Shown in pieces: positions 40,460 through 50,559 of a stretch of DNA of 64,000 bases. Under the pieces are notes generated by a model, which worked only from the letters and a program-made list of their open reading frames with translations, was not told the origin of the DNA and did not search any database. Positions within the stretch are counted from its first letter, which is position 1; the number at the start of each line of letters is the position of its first letter. The DNA lies in assembly GCA_963829205.1 (NCBI GenBank), contig CAWHHT010000012.1:324540-388539 (forward strand). Reading direction: 5' to 3'. Source of the stretch: an uncultured Thermoleophilia bacterium. GTDB taxonomy: Bacteria > Actinomycetota > Thermoleophilia > UBA2241. Made by a program: the position numbers and the translations under genes.

Positions 40460-41539
40460 ATGAGCGCGAGTGGCGAGTTCACCTACAAGGCCGCCGGTGT
40501 GGACGTGGAGGCCGGCAACCGTGCCGTCGAGCTCATGAGGAAGCGCCTCAAGAGTACCCAGCACCCGCTGGTGCTGGGCGGCCTCGGAGGCTTCGGCGGG
40601 GCGATGCGGCTGCCCAAGTACAAGGATCCGGTGCTCGTCGCCGGCACCGATGGCGTGGGCACCAAGATCGAGATCGCACGACGATGGGCAGCCTCGGCAG
40701 CATCGGCATCGATCTCGTGGCGATGAGCGTCAACGACGTGTCCGCCTGCGGCGCCGTGCCGCTGTTCTTCCTCGACTATCTGGTGGTCGGGAAGGTCGTG
40801 CCCGAGGAGGTCGCCGAGATCGTGGCCGGCGTGGACGAGGGCTGCCAGCTGGCGCAGTGCGCCCTCCTCGGCGGCGAGACGGCCGAGCACCCGGGGCAGT
40901 TCCCGGACGGCGACTTCGACATGGCCGGCTTCGCAGTGGGCCTCGCGGAGCGCGACGAGCTCTGGGGTCCTCACCTCGTCGCCGATGGCGACGTCCTGCG
41001 TCGGCCTGTGCTCCAGCGGCCTGCACTCCAACGGCTTCAGCCTCGTCCGGCACCTGCTCAAGGAGCACGCCATCGACCTGCACAGCAAGTTCCTCAGCGA
41101 GGGAGGCGCCTTCTGCCGCAAGGCTGGGCCCAACGCCTCGGTCGGAGACGTGCTGCTGATCCCCACGACCATCTACAGCCCGGTCCTGCACGACCTCGGG
41201 CACGCCGGCGGCGTGCACGCCGCCGCCCACATCACCGGCGGCGGCTTCCCCGACAACGTCGGCCGCGCCCTGCCGGAGGGCCTGGCGGCGGTCCTCGACC
41301 TCAGTTCATGGGACCCCGGCCCCGTGTTCGAGTGGGTCCACGCCCTCGGCGTGAAGCGCGCGGAGATGCTCGATACCTTCAACTGCGGGCTCGGGATGGT
41401 CGTCGCGATGGCGCCCGAGCACGTGGAGAAGAACCTGGCCGCGATCGCCAAACACCAGCTCGACGCCGTCGTCGTCGGCAAGGTCGTCCCGCGCGGCGAC
41501 GGCGCCGCTGTCCGCTACCAGGGACAGCTCAAGCTGTGA
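40460..41539 (+). pseudogene. purM: phosphoribosylformylglycinamidine cyclo-ligase, two frame changes
   Basis: [22 protein letters not shown], then a shift near 40680. [23 protein letters not shown], then a shift near 40995. [17 protein letters not shown]. Confidence 0.85.
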
Positions 41540-42540
41540 GGTCGACCGACCTCATCGGCTGCGGAGCGCTCAACGTCGACCTGATCTACCGCCTGCCGCG
41601 CAGCTTCCCACTCTGGGACGAGCTGGGGCCGCCCGGTACCGAGCGGCTCATGGACGCCGACGTGCGCCGGGCTGTGGACGAGGCGCTGGCGCACGTCGAG
41701 CCGGTCCGCTCCGGCGGCGGCCAGGCCGCCAATACCGCGCACGCACTGGCGCGCCTCGGCTACCGGGCCGCCATGGTGGGCCGGGTCGGCGCCGACGAGG
41801 ACGGGCTCTATCTCCTCAAGGAGCTGGCCCCGGCGGAGGGCAGGATGGTAGCCCGCGACGGCGAGACCGGGCGCGTCTACGTGCTCCTGGACGAAGACGG
41901 CGAGCGGCGCAACCTCGTCTGGCCCGCGGCCAACGACGGCTTCGCGCCCGATGACGTGCCCAAGCGTCCACCCAAGACGCGGTTCGCCTACTTCACGAGC
42001 TTCGTGGGCGAAGGGCCGCTCGAGGCCCAGCTGGCGCTGCTCGAGCGGCTGCCGCCCGAGACGGAGATCGCCTTCGACCCGGGGGAGATCTACGCCCGCA
42101 AGGGCGTCAAGCGATTCCTGCCCATCCTGCACCGCTGCAACTACCTCTTCGCGACGGAGAAGGAGCTCGAGATGCTCTGCGGCCTCTCGCTCCCCGAGTC
42201 ACTCGATTTCGTGCTCAACGCCGGGGTCGGCCTCGTCGTGTGCAAGATGGGCGGCCGCGGCGCCAGGCTCGTCGGCCGCCGCGCCGACCTGTACGTGCCC
42301 CCGATGCCGACCGAGGTGGTCGACGTCACCGGCGCCGGCGACCTCTTCGCCGCCGGCTTCATCGCCGCCATGATCGAGCAGGTCGGCCTCGAGGGCGCCG
42401 GCCGGCTGGCGTCGTGGGCGGCCAGCCGCGGGATCAGCGGCGTCGGACGCAGCACCTACCCCGACGCCGAGGCCTGGCAGGCGCGGCTCGCCGAAGAGCG
42501 CGGCGAGGCAGAGGGCGTGACCCGCTGGAGCGGCCGGTGA
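41536..42540 (+). CDS. PfkB-family carbohydrate/nucleoside kinase
   Basis: GTGA overlap with the purM stop. [16 protein letters not shown] (GG motif). [17 protein letters not shown] (catalytic GAGD motif). Confidence 0.8.
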   Translation: MRSTDLIGCGALNVDLIYRLPRSFPLWDELGPPGTERLMDADVRRAVDEALAHVEPVRSGGGQAANTAHALARLGYRAAMVGRVGADEDGLYLLKELAPAEGRMVARDGETGRVYVLLDEDGERRNLVWPAANDGFAPDDVPKRPPKTRFAYFTSFVGEGPLEAQLALLERLPPETEIAFDPGEIYARKGVKRFLPILHRCNYLFATEKELEMLCGLSLPESLDFVLNAGVGLVVCKMGGRGARLVGRRADLYVPPMPTEVVDVTGAGDLFAAGFIAAMIEQVGLEGAGRLASWAASRGISGVGRSTYPDAEAWQARLAEERGEAEGVTRWSGR

Positions 42541-42580
42541 GCACGAGCGTGGCGCGAGCGACGGTGAAGGGGGGACTCGC

Positions 42581-43390
42581 GTGAGGATCGGCTGGCTCTC
42601 CAGCGGCCGCGACCAGGCCGCGTGCAACCTGCTGGCCGACATCGTCGCTCGGGCCCAGCAGGACGGTATCTCCCTCGATATCGCCGCCGCCTTCTGCAAC
42701 CGGGAGCGCGGCGAGTCGCCCGAGAGCGACCGCTTCCTCGACCTCGTGGAGCGCCTCGACATCCCGGTCGTGACGCTTTCGAGCGCACTGAGCTGGGCGG
42801 CGGCGCAGAAGGAGTCGGTGAGTCGCACCGCCTGGCGCGAGGAGTACCACCGCGGCGTGATGGACCTGCTCGTGCCCTACCGCCTCGGCGTGCTGGTGAT
42901 GGCCGGGTACATGCTGATCACCAGCCCGGCCATGTGCCGCCGCTACGCGATCCTCAACCTGCATCCCGCGCTCCCCGGCGGCCCCACTGGGACCTGGCAG
43001 CAGGTCATCTGGCAGCTGCTCGAGGACGAAGCCGCGGAGACCGGCGCCATGATGCATCTGTCGACGGCGCAGCTAGACCGCGGCCCCGTGATCGGCTACT
43101 TCCGCCTGTCGCTGCGGGGCGACGACTGGGACGAACTCTGGGCCCAGTTCCGCGCGAAACGCAAGACCATGAGCGTCGCGGAGATCGCCGCCGCCGAAGG
43201 CGAGGACGAGCCGCTGTTCGCGGAGATAAGGCGGCGCGGCGAGGTGCGCGAGATCCCGCTCCTGTACCAGACGCTGCGCCTGTTCGCCGAGGGCCACCTC
43301 AACACCGCCGCCGGCGCCGTGTTCGCCGAGTCGGCTCGCCTGCCGATGGACCTCACCGAGCTGGTCGACGAGGAGGTCGCAAAGCGATGA
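42581..43390 (+). CDS. formyltransferase, divergent PurN-like with C-terminal extension
   Basis: ILNLHPALPGG corresponds to the NxHPSLLP motif (Asn/His). HLSTAQLDRGPVIG matches the catalytic Asp region. The N-terminal SGRDQAACN replaces the usual GxGSN. The protein is about 70 aa longer than typical PurN. Confidence 0.6.
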   Translation: MRIGWLSSGRDQAACNLLADIVARAQQDGISLDIAAAFCNRERGESPESDRFLDLVERLDIPVVTLSSALSWAAAQKESVSRTAWREEYHRGVMDLLVPYRLGVLVMAGYMLITSPAMCRRYAILNLHPALPGGPTGTWQQVIWQLLEDEAAETGAMMHLSTAQLDRGPVIGYFRLSLRGDDWDELWAQFRAKRKTMSVAEIAAAEGEDEPLFAEIRRRGEVREIPLLYQTLRLFAEGHLNTAAGAVFAESARLPMDLTELVDEEVAKR

Positions 43391-44540
43391 CGGCGCCGCG
43401 TCGCGTCTACGTCACCGATTGCGAGGGCCCGCTCACCCGCAACGACAACGCGCAGGAGATCGCCGAGCGGTTCCTCCCCGACGGCGCCGAGTTCTTCGCG
43501 CGGCTCAGCAAGTACGACGACTTCCTCGTCGACGTCGCCCACAAGCCGGGCTACAACGCCGGCAACACGCTGCGCCTCATCCCCCCGTTCTTCCGCGCGT
43601 TCTGCGTGAGCGACGAGGACGTCGAGCTGTTCAGCGCCGAGCAGGTCCTCATCGTGCCCAAGGCGCTGGAGACGCTGGACGCGATCCGGGCGCTGCTGCC
43701 GGCCTTCATCATCTCGACTTCGTACACGCCGTACCTACGCGCGCTGTGCGAGCTGTCAGGCTTCCCGTTCGAGAACGTGCGCTGCACGGAGCTGAGCCTC
43801 GACGCCTGGGAGATGCCCGAGGCCGAGGCCGAGTGGCTGCGCGGCTGGGTGCCGCGCGTCTGCGCGCGCCCGCTGATCGAGTATCCGACCGAGGCCATCT
43901 CGGCCGGTGGCGGGCACAGCGCCGGCGCTCCGGCGCTTCCGCCGGGCCCGCCGACGCCGGCGTTCCCGGCAACGCCCCCTGGTCCAGCCCAGACGAGGCG
44001 CTCGCGTGGCTGTCCGACGAGGACCGGGGGACGGTGCGGCAGCTCGACCGGCTGTTCTGGCTGGAGCTGCCCCAGCGCCCCGTGAGCCAGGCGCTCGCCG
44101 AAGCCGTTCGACCGGTCGGCGGCGGCCGCAAGCTCGAGGCGCTGGAGGCGATCGTCGCCGCCGAGGGCGTGAGCGGAACAGATGTCATGTACGTCGGCGA
44201 CTCGATCACCGACACGCCGCCCTTGGCGGCGGTGCGCTCGTGGGGCGGAGTCTCGCTCAGCTTCAACGGCAACGCCTACTCGCTGCAGGCGGCCGAGTTC
44301 GCGGCCGCGAGCCCGGACGCCGAGGTGCAGTCACAGCTCGCCACGGCGTTCGCGGCCGGCGGGCGCGCCGCCGTCGAGGCCGCCGTGCGCGAGTGGCCCA
44401 CGGCGAAGAAAGGTACGGCACCGGCCGGCAAGGCGCGTGCCCGCGTCGGCCTCACCGCCGAGGCGCCTGACGCGCTCGCCGAGGCCTCGGCCGCCGCGCG
44501 ACTGGCCGTCCGCGGCGAGCGCGTCGCCCGCCTCGGCTGA
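43387..44540 (+). pseudogene. DCEGP-motif HAD-like protein (EhaR-like family), one frame change
   Basis: ATGA overlap with the upstream stop. N-terminus RRVYVTDCEGPLTRNDNAQE. C-terminal part VMYVGDSITDTPPLAAV..SFNGN lies in another frame (shift near 43950). The family name comes from my recollection of the DCEGP motif. Confidence 0.5.
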
Positions 44541-44543
44541 GGC

Positions 44544-45404
44544 GTGAACGGTCCTTTCCACGATCCGGCCGGCCCGGCCGGTCGCCCTTTGGCCGGTCCT
44601 CCCGCGCTGGCCCTCTCTCACGTGACCGTGTGGGAGCTGGAGGACAGCTCGGACCGCCGCGTGCCGGTCCTCACCGATGTGTCGTGGGAGGTCGCCGCGG
44701 GTGAGCAGTGGGCCGTCCTCGGCCCCAACGGGGCCGGGAAATCCACCCTCATCGACGTCGCCGCCGGCATGCGCCATCCAAGCCGCGGAGTCGTGAGCAT
44801 CCTTGGAGAGACCGTCGGCCGGGTCGATCTCCGCACCTTACGTGAGCATATCGGGCACGTCGACGTGAAGACCGAGGAGGCCTTCTCGCCGCGGCGGACC
44901 GCGCTCGAGGTGGTCCTGACCGGCGTCACCGGCACGATCCAGGTGCTTGGAGAGAGGATCGGCGACGCCGAACTCGAGCGCGCCGCGAGCCTCCTGGCGC
45001 AGTTCGGCTGCGCGAACGTGGCTCGTCACTCGTTCGCGGCCTGCTCGCAGGGCGAACGCCGCCGCGTCCTGCTCGCACGAGCGCTGATGCGGCGCCCTCC
45101 CCTTCTGCTGCTCGACGAGCCGGCCGATGGACTCGACCTCCCAAGCCGTGAAGCTCTGCTTGCGGCCGTCGCGTCGCTCGCTGCGGACCGTCCCGCGCCG
45201 GCCGTCGTCACGGTCACGCATCACCTGGAGGAGCTTCCCGTGACCACGACCCACGCGCTGCTGCTGAGCGGCGGGCGCGTGGTCGCCCGCGGCGCCGCGC
45301 CCGCCGTCCTCGCCGACGAGCCGCTGAGCTCCTGCTTCGGCGTGCAGATCACCGTCGCGCGCGCCGGCGGCCGCTGGTCGGCGCGCGCGACGCCGCGCTG
45401 GTAG
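44544..45404 (+). CDS. ABC-transporter ATP-binding protein (orphan ATPase, no adjacent permease)
   Basis: Walker A GPNGAGKST, signature CSQGERRR, Walker B LLLLDEP. It starts 4 nt after the preceding stop. Confidence 0.8.
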   Translation: MNGPFHDPAGPAGRPLAGPPALALSHVTVWELEDSSDRRVPVLTDVSWEVAAGEQWAVLGPNGAGKSTLIDVAAGMRHPSRGVVSILGETVGRVDLRTLREHIGHVDVKTEEAFSPRRTALEVVLTGVTGTIQVLGERIGDAELERAASLLAQFGCANVARHSFAACSQGERRRVLLARALMRRPPLLLLDEPADGLDLPSREALLAAVASLAADRPAPAVVTVTHHLEELPVTTTHALLLSGGRVVARGAAPAVLADEPLSSCFGVQITVARAGGRWSARATPRW

Positions 45405-45442
45405 CGCGCCGGCCTGGTTGACCTCCGGCTGCACCCCTGCTA

Positions 45443-45471
45443 CCGTACTTTGTATGCCTTACTATGTACGG
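45443..45471. promoter_or_regulatory. AT-rich imperfect palindrome upstream of the TetR gene (candidate operator)
   Basis: CCGTACTTTGTA-tgcct-TACTATGTACGG matches 10/12 between arms. It ends 20 nt before ATG 45491. Confidence 0.35.
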
Positions 45472-45490
45472 ACAGATGCAGGGAGGCGCG

Positions 45491-46183
45491 ATGGCCACCA
45501 CACGTGAGCCGCTCACGCGGCTGCGCATCGTCGAGCTGGCGCTCGCGATCATCGACACCGAAGGCCTCGAGGCGCTCAACATGCGGCGCCTCGCGAGCGC
45601 CGCCGGCGTCAAGCCGATGAGCCTCTACCACCACTACTCCAACAAAGAGGCCATCCTGCTGGCCGTCGCCGAGAGCATCTCGGCGGCCGCGCTCGGTGAC
45701 GCCGCGCTTGGCGACGCCGGGCTCCCTGAAGCCAAGCGCGGCGTCGACGCACCGGCCGCGCCCGCCGCAGCCTGGACGGACCACGTGCGCCTGCTGTTCG
45801 TCGGCCTGTACGAACTGGTCCAGGCGCACCCCCGCGCCCTGCCGCTCATCGGGACCGGCGTGCTACGCACCCCCAGCGGGCGGCGCTGGATGGAGGAGCT
45901 CATGCGCGTGCTGCTCGAAGCAGGCTTCACGCCCGACGAGGCGGCCGGCATCTACCACACGCTGGGCGCGTACACCCTCGGCCTCGGTTATGCGCAGCTG
46001 CTGAGCATGGAGATCCCGGCGGAGTCCATCGTGGGCGAGCTCACCGGGCACTGGGCCGACTACCCCAACCTCCTGCGGGTCGGCCTGCAGCTCGCCGTCT
46101 GGGACCAGCCTGCCACCTTCGCCGCCGGCCTCGACGTCCTGCTCGCCGAGTCTGCACGGCAGCTCGACGGTCGCGGCCGATGA
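45491..46183 (+). CDS. TetR/AcrR-family transcriptional regulator
   Basis: GGGAGG RBS 5 nt upstream. The HTH is IVELALAIIDTEGLEALNMRRLASAAGVKPMSLYHHYSNKEAIL. Confidence 0.8.
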   Translation: MATTREPLTRLRIVELALAIIDTEGLEALNMRRLASAAGVKPMSLYHHYSNKEAILLAVAESISAAALGDAALGDAGLPEAKRGVDAPAAPAAAWTDHVRLLFVGLYELVQAHPRALPLIGTGVLRTPSGRRWMEELMRVLLEAGFTPDEAAGIYHTLGAYTLGLGYAQLLSMEIPAESIVGELTGHWADYPNLLRVGLQLAVWDQPATFAAGLDVLLAESARQLDGRGR

Positions 46184-46273
46184 GGGGCGCCGGCCGCGCG
46201 CTCACGGGCCGCGCGCTCACGGCCGCCGCTCACCGGCCGTCCGCTCACCGGCCGCCGCGGACGGCCGCTGCGC

Positions 46274-47788
46274 GTGAAGATGATCAGCCCGGCGAAGACG
46301 GCCGCCGACAGCCCGTTCTGGCGCTCGATCAAGTACTCGCTCTTCCCGCCACTTGGCCTCGCGGCGCTCGCCGGCCACCTCGACGAGGCCGACGAAGTCA
46401 CGCTGCAGGACGAGCACGTGGAGAAGATCGACCTCACCGACGAGCCCGACCTCGTCGTGATCGAGGCCTACATCACCTCGGCCAACCGGGCGTACCGCTA
46501 CGCCGATCACTACCGGCGCAAAGGCGCCCACGTCTGCATCGGCGGGCTGCACCCCACGAGCCTGCCGGAGGAGGCCGCGCGGCACGCGGACAGCGTGTTC
46601 TGCGGCCCGGGCGAAGACACGTGGCCGGCCTTCCTCGAGGACTTCAAGGCCGGCCGCCCGAAGCCGCTCTACCGCTCGACCGTGCGCACGCTCGCGGGCA
46701 TGCCGCGCCCGCGGCGGGACCTCATCAAGCGCGAGCGGTACCTCGTGCCGAACTCCCTGGTCGTGAGCCGCGGCTGCCCGCACTCCTGCGACTTCTGCTA
46801 CAAGGAGACGTTCTTTCGCGGCGGACGGTCCTTCTATGTGCAGGCGGTCGACGACGCACTCGCCGAGATCGAGGGCCTTCCCGGCCGCCACCTGTACTTC
46901 CTGGACGACAACCTCTTCGGCAGCCCGCCGTTCGCCGAGGCGCTCTTCGACGGCATGCGCGGCATGGGCCGCGTGTGGCAGTCCGCCGCGACGGTGCGCG
47001 GCGTCATGCGCCCCGGCCTCCTCGAGAAGGCGGTCGAGAGCGGGCTCCGCAGCCTGTTCATCGGCTTCGAGACGCTCGACCCCGCCAACCTCGCCGCGCA
47101 GCACAAGCTGCAGAACCTGGGCGGCGGGTACGAAGCCGCCATCCGCCGCCTGCACGACCTCGGCGTCATGGTCAACGCCAGCTTCGTCTTCGGCATGGAC
47201 GACGACGGCCCGGATGTCTTCGCGCGCACCACGGAGTGGGCCGTGGCGCAGGGGATCGAGACCTCCACGTTCCACATCCTGACGCCGTACCCGGGCACGC
47301 CGCTGGAGAGGCGTCTGAGCGCCGAGGGCCGCGTGACGAGCCATGACTGGGACTTGTACGACACACGGCACGCGGTCTTTCGCCCCGCGCGCATGACCGC
47401 CGCGCAGCTGGAGACGGGCTACTGGGGCGCGTACCGCGACTTCTACGGCTGGAGCTCCATCTGGAAGGCCGCGTTCGCGCACGGTGACCTGCGTGAGCAC
47501 GCGCGGCACCTGGCCTACACGGGCGGCTGGAAGAAGCTCGAGCCCATGTGGGATCTCGCGATCCGCAGCGGCAAGGTACACGCCTTCGTGCCGCTCCTGG
47601 AGACGATCCTCGACCGGTTCGGCAGCGGGGGCGGAGCGATGCCGGCTCGCGCCGCCACCGGCATCCAGGCCGGCACCCCGACTCGCTGGCCGTGGCCTGT
47701 GCCGCGCGAGATCGCGCGGCCGGTCTGGCCCCGCCCCGGCATCAGCGGCCGGCCGCGTGGTCTGCACCAGCGGCTCCCCGGCACGTGA
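46274..47788 (+). CDS. B12-binding-domain radical SAM protein (class B)
   Basis: The N-terminal cobalamin-binding-like region (DLVVIEAYITSANRAYRYADHYRRKGAHVCIGGLHPT) is followed by SRGCPHSCDFCY (CxxxCxxC). Confidence 0.8.
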   Translation: MKMISPAKTAADSPFWRSIKYSLFPPLGLAALAGHLDEADEVTLQDEHVEKIDLTDEPDLVVIEAYITSANRAYRYADHYRRKGAHVCIGGLHPTSLPEEAARHADSVFCGPGEDTWPAFLEDFKAGRPKPLYRSTVRTLAGMPRPRRDLIKRERYLVPNSLVVSRGCPHSCDFCYKETFFRGGRSFYVQAVDDALAEIEGLPGRHLYFLDDNLFGSPPFAEALFDGMRGMGRVWQSAATVRGVMRPGLLEKAVESGLRSLFIGFETLDPANLAAQHKLQNLGGGYEAAIRRLHDLGVMVNASFVFGMDDDGPDVFARTTEWAVAQGIETSTFHILTPYPGTPLERRLSAEGRVTSHDWDLYDTRHAVFRPARMTAAQLETGYWGAYRDFYGWSSIWKAAFAHGDLREHARHLAYTGGWKKLEPMWDLAIRSGKVHAFVPLLETILDRFGSGGGAMPARAATGIQAGTPTRWPWPVPREIARPVWPRPGISGRPRGLHQRLPGT

Positions 47789-47878
47789 CCTCCTCCCCGC
47801 CAGCCCGATCAGCGTGCCTGTGGTGGCGCGGCTTCGAATGGGTAACAAGTTAGTAGACATCGATACGAGGAGGCAGCT

Positions 47879-48190
47879 ATGGGAGTCACGGACAAGGCCA
47901 AAGAGACAGCGGCAGACCTGCGCGAGAAGGCCAAGCCCTACGTGGAGTCGGCGAAAGCCAAAGCCGGTGAGCTGGGCGAGCGGGCCAAGCCTGCGACCGA
48001 CAAGGCCCGGGCCGAAGCCACGGAGATCGTGGAGAAGGCCAAGAAGCAAGGCGCCGAGCTCATCGAACGGGCCAGGACGCAGGGCCCGGAGCTGCTGGAG
48101 AAGGCCAAGAAGGAGGCCGCCGAGCTGCTGGAGAGGGCCCAGAAGGAGGCCAACGAGCTCCTGGCGAAGGCCAAGGACAAGCTCGGCTAG
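47879..48190 (+). CDS. Lys/Glu/Ala-rich 11-mer-repeat protein (LEA group 3 / apolipoprotein-like amphipathic helix)
   Basis: AGGAGG RBS at 47868-47873. 103 aa ending in five consecutive 11-residue repeats. Confidence 0.6.
   Translation: MGVTDKAKETAADLREKAKPYVESAKAKAGELGERAKPATDKARAEATEIVEKAKKQGAELIERARTQGPELLEKAKKEAAELLERAQKEANELLAKAKDKLG
48023..48187 (+). repeat. 5 x 33-nt in-frame tandem repeat
   Basis: It encodes EIVEKAKKQGA / ELIERARTQGP / ELLEKAKKEAA / ELLERAQKEAN / ELLAKAKDKLG. Confidence 0.85.
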
Positions 48191-48194
48191 CGGG

Positions 48195-48826
48195 ATGGCC
48201 GACGGCGACGCCCTGGCGAGCGGCCCCGACGGCCTGCCCCGCTGCTACTGGGCCGTCGGCGGCGCCCCGGAGTACGTCGGCTACCACGACGACGAGTGGG
48301 GGCGCCCGATCCTCACCGACGCGGGACTCTTCGAACGCCTCACTCTCGAGGCGTTCCAGTCTGGGCTTGTCCTGGCTCACGATACTGCGCAAGCGGCCGG
48401 CTTTCCGGGCGGCGTTCGCCGGCTTCGACATCGCCGCCGTCGGGGCGTTCGACGACGCCGCCCGGCGCCGGCTTCTCGACGACGCCGGCATCGTGCGCAA
48501 CCGACTCAAGGTAGACGCGACGATCGCCAACGCTCGCGCCGCCTTGCCCGTGATCGAGGAGTGCGGCTCCCTGGCGGCCTTCTTCTGGCGCTTTCGGCCG
48601 GAGGCGCACGAAGCGCCGCGTTCGCGGGCCGACCACGTCGCCGCGAGCCCGGAGTCCGCCGCGCTCGCCAAGGAACTCAAACGCCGCGGCTTCCGCTTCG
48701 TCGGACCGACGACAGCCTACTGCGCTCATGCAGGCGGCCGGCATCGTGAACGACCATGCCGCAGGCTGCTGCGTGCGAGACGCGGTCGAGGCCGAGCAGC
48801 TCGCGGCCGCCGCCCGCTTCGCCTGA
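48195..48826 (+). pseudogene. tag: DNA-3-methyladenine glycosylase I, two frame changes
   Basis: RCYWA..YVGYHDDEWGRPILTDAGLFERLTLEAFQSGL, then a shift near 48365. SWLTILRKRPAFRAAFAGFD..IVRNRLK..FRFVGPTTAY, then a shift near 48725. The Cys-rich end follows. Confidence 0.75.
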
Positions 48827-48962
48827 CGGCCGCGCATCTCTGCCGATTCCGGCATTCCGCGCCCGTCGCCTTTCTTGTAGGGTAGCCGCAGGCAAGGCAC
48901 CGGGGCGGGCGGCCGAGCCATCCAGCACCCCGCCGCGTCAGTCCGTCAGAAGGAGCGTGCCC

Positions 48963-50506
48963 GTGAAGGTCCAGCGAGCTCTCATCTCGGTGTTCAACAA
49001 GAGCGGTGTCGAGTCGTTCGCCAAGGGTCTCACCGACATGGGCGTGACCGTCATCTCGACCGGCGGCACCGCCAGGCTGCTCAAGGACTCCGGCATCCCC
49101 GTCACGCTCGTCGAAGAGGTCACTGGCTTCCCCGAGATGCTGGACGGGCGCGTCAAGACGATGCATCCCAGGCTCATGGCGGGCATCCTCGCGCGCCGCG
49201 ACGTCCCCGAGCACATGGCGACCATCGAGGAGCACGGCATCGAGCCCGTGGACATGGTCGTCTGCAGCCTCTATCCCTTCGAGGAGGTCGCGGGCCGGCG
49301 CGGCGTCGAGGACGAGGTCGTCATCGAGAACATCGACATCGGCGGCCCGAGCATGATCCGCGCCGCCGCCAAGAACCACGCCGGCGTCGCCGTCGTCACG
49401 AGCCACGAGGACTACGACGAGCTGCTCGCCGAGATGAGGGCCAACGACGGCGAGCTCGACATCGACACGCTCCGCGCGCCTCGCGACCAAGGCCTTCCAC
49501 CGCACGGCGCACTACGACTTCGTGATCGCCAACTGGTTCAGCGAGGCCGACGGCGACTTCCCCGAGTACGTCATGCGCGACTACGAGAAGGTCCTCGAGC
49601 TCAAGTACGGCGAGAACCCGCACCAGCGCGCCGCGTACTACGCCGAGGTGGGCCTGCGCCAGCACCTGCTCTCGCAGGTGACGCAGCTGCACGGCAAGCA
49701 GCTCGGCTTCAACAACCTGTACGACCTCAACGCCGCGCGGGGGATCTGCGACGAGTTCACGCTGCCCTGCGTCACGATCATCAAGCACAACAACCCCTGC
49801 GGCTGCGCGCTCGCCGAGAACCTCGCTGCCGCCTACGACAAGGCCTTCGAGTGCGATCCGGCGAGCGCCTTCGGCTCCGTGATCGCCGTCAACCGCACCG
49901 TAGACGTGCCGCTCGCCGAACGGCTCAGCCGAGCTCTTCGTCGAGGTGCTCTTCGCGCCGGCCTACGACGACGCGGCGCTCGAGATCCTCAAGCGCAAGG
50001 CCGACATCCGTATCCTGCGCAACGAGGAGCGCCGCCAGGCCAACCCGGGCGAGCTCGACTACAAGCGCGTCATCGGCGGCATCCTCGTGCAGGACAAGGA
50101 CGGCGATATCGAAGAGCGCGACGAGATGACCGTCGCGACCAAGCGCCACCCCACGGAGCAGGAGTGGGGCGACCTCATCTTCGCCTTCCGCGTCGCCAAG
50201 CACGTCAAGAGCAACGCCATCGTCATCGCCAAGAACCTCGCCACGCTGGGCGTCGGCGCCGGCCAGATGAGCCGCGTCGACGCGACGCGCGTGGCGATCG
50301 AGAAGGCGCGCAGCGACCTCGCGGGGTCGGTCGTCGGCTCGGACGCGTTCTATCCGTTCCCGGACGCCGTGGACCTGGCCATCGAGAACGGCGTCACGGC
50401 GTTCATGCAGCCCGGCGGCTCCAAGGGCGACGTCACCGCCGTGGAGGCCTGCGACGCGCACGACGCCGCGATGGTGTTCACCGGCCGGCGCCACTTCCTG
50501 CACTGA
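48963..50506 (+). pseudogene. purH: bifunctional AICAR transformylase / IMP cyclohydrolase, two frame changes
   Basis: RALISVFNKSGV..STGGTA..DGRVKTMHP (MGS-like domain). YGENPHQ, IIKHNNPCG, then VGAGQMSRVD..SDAFYPF..PGGS. Shifts lie near 49480-49520 and near 49930. Confidence 0.85.
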
Positions 50507-50559
50507 GTCGAGAGTGAGGGCAGGGCGGGGCGGCCGGAAGCGGTTCGCAGGCCGACGGC

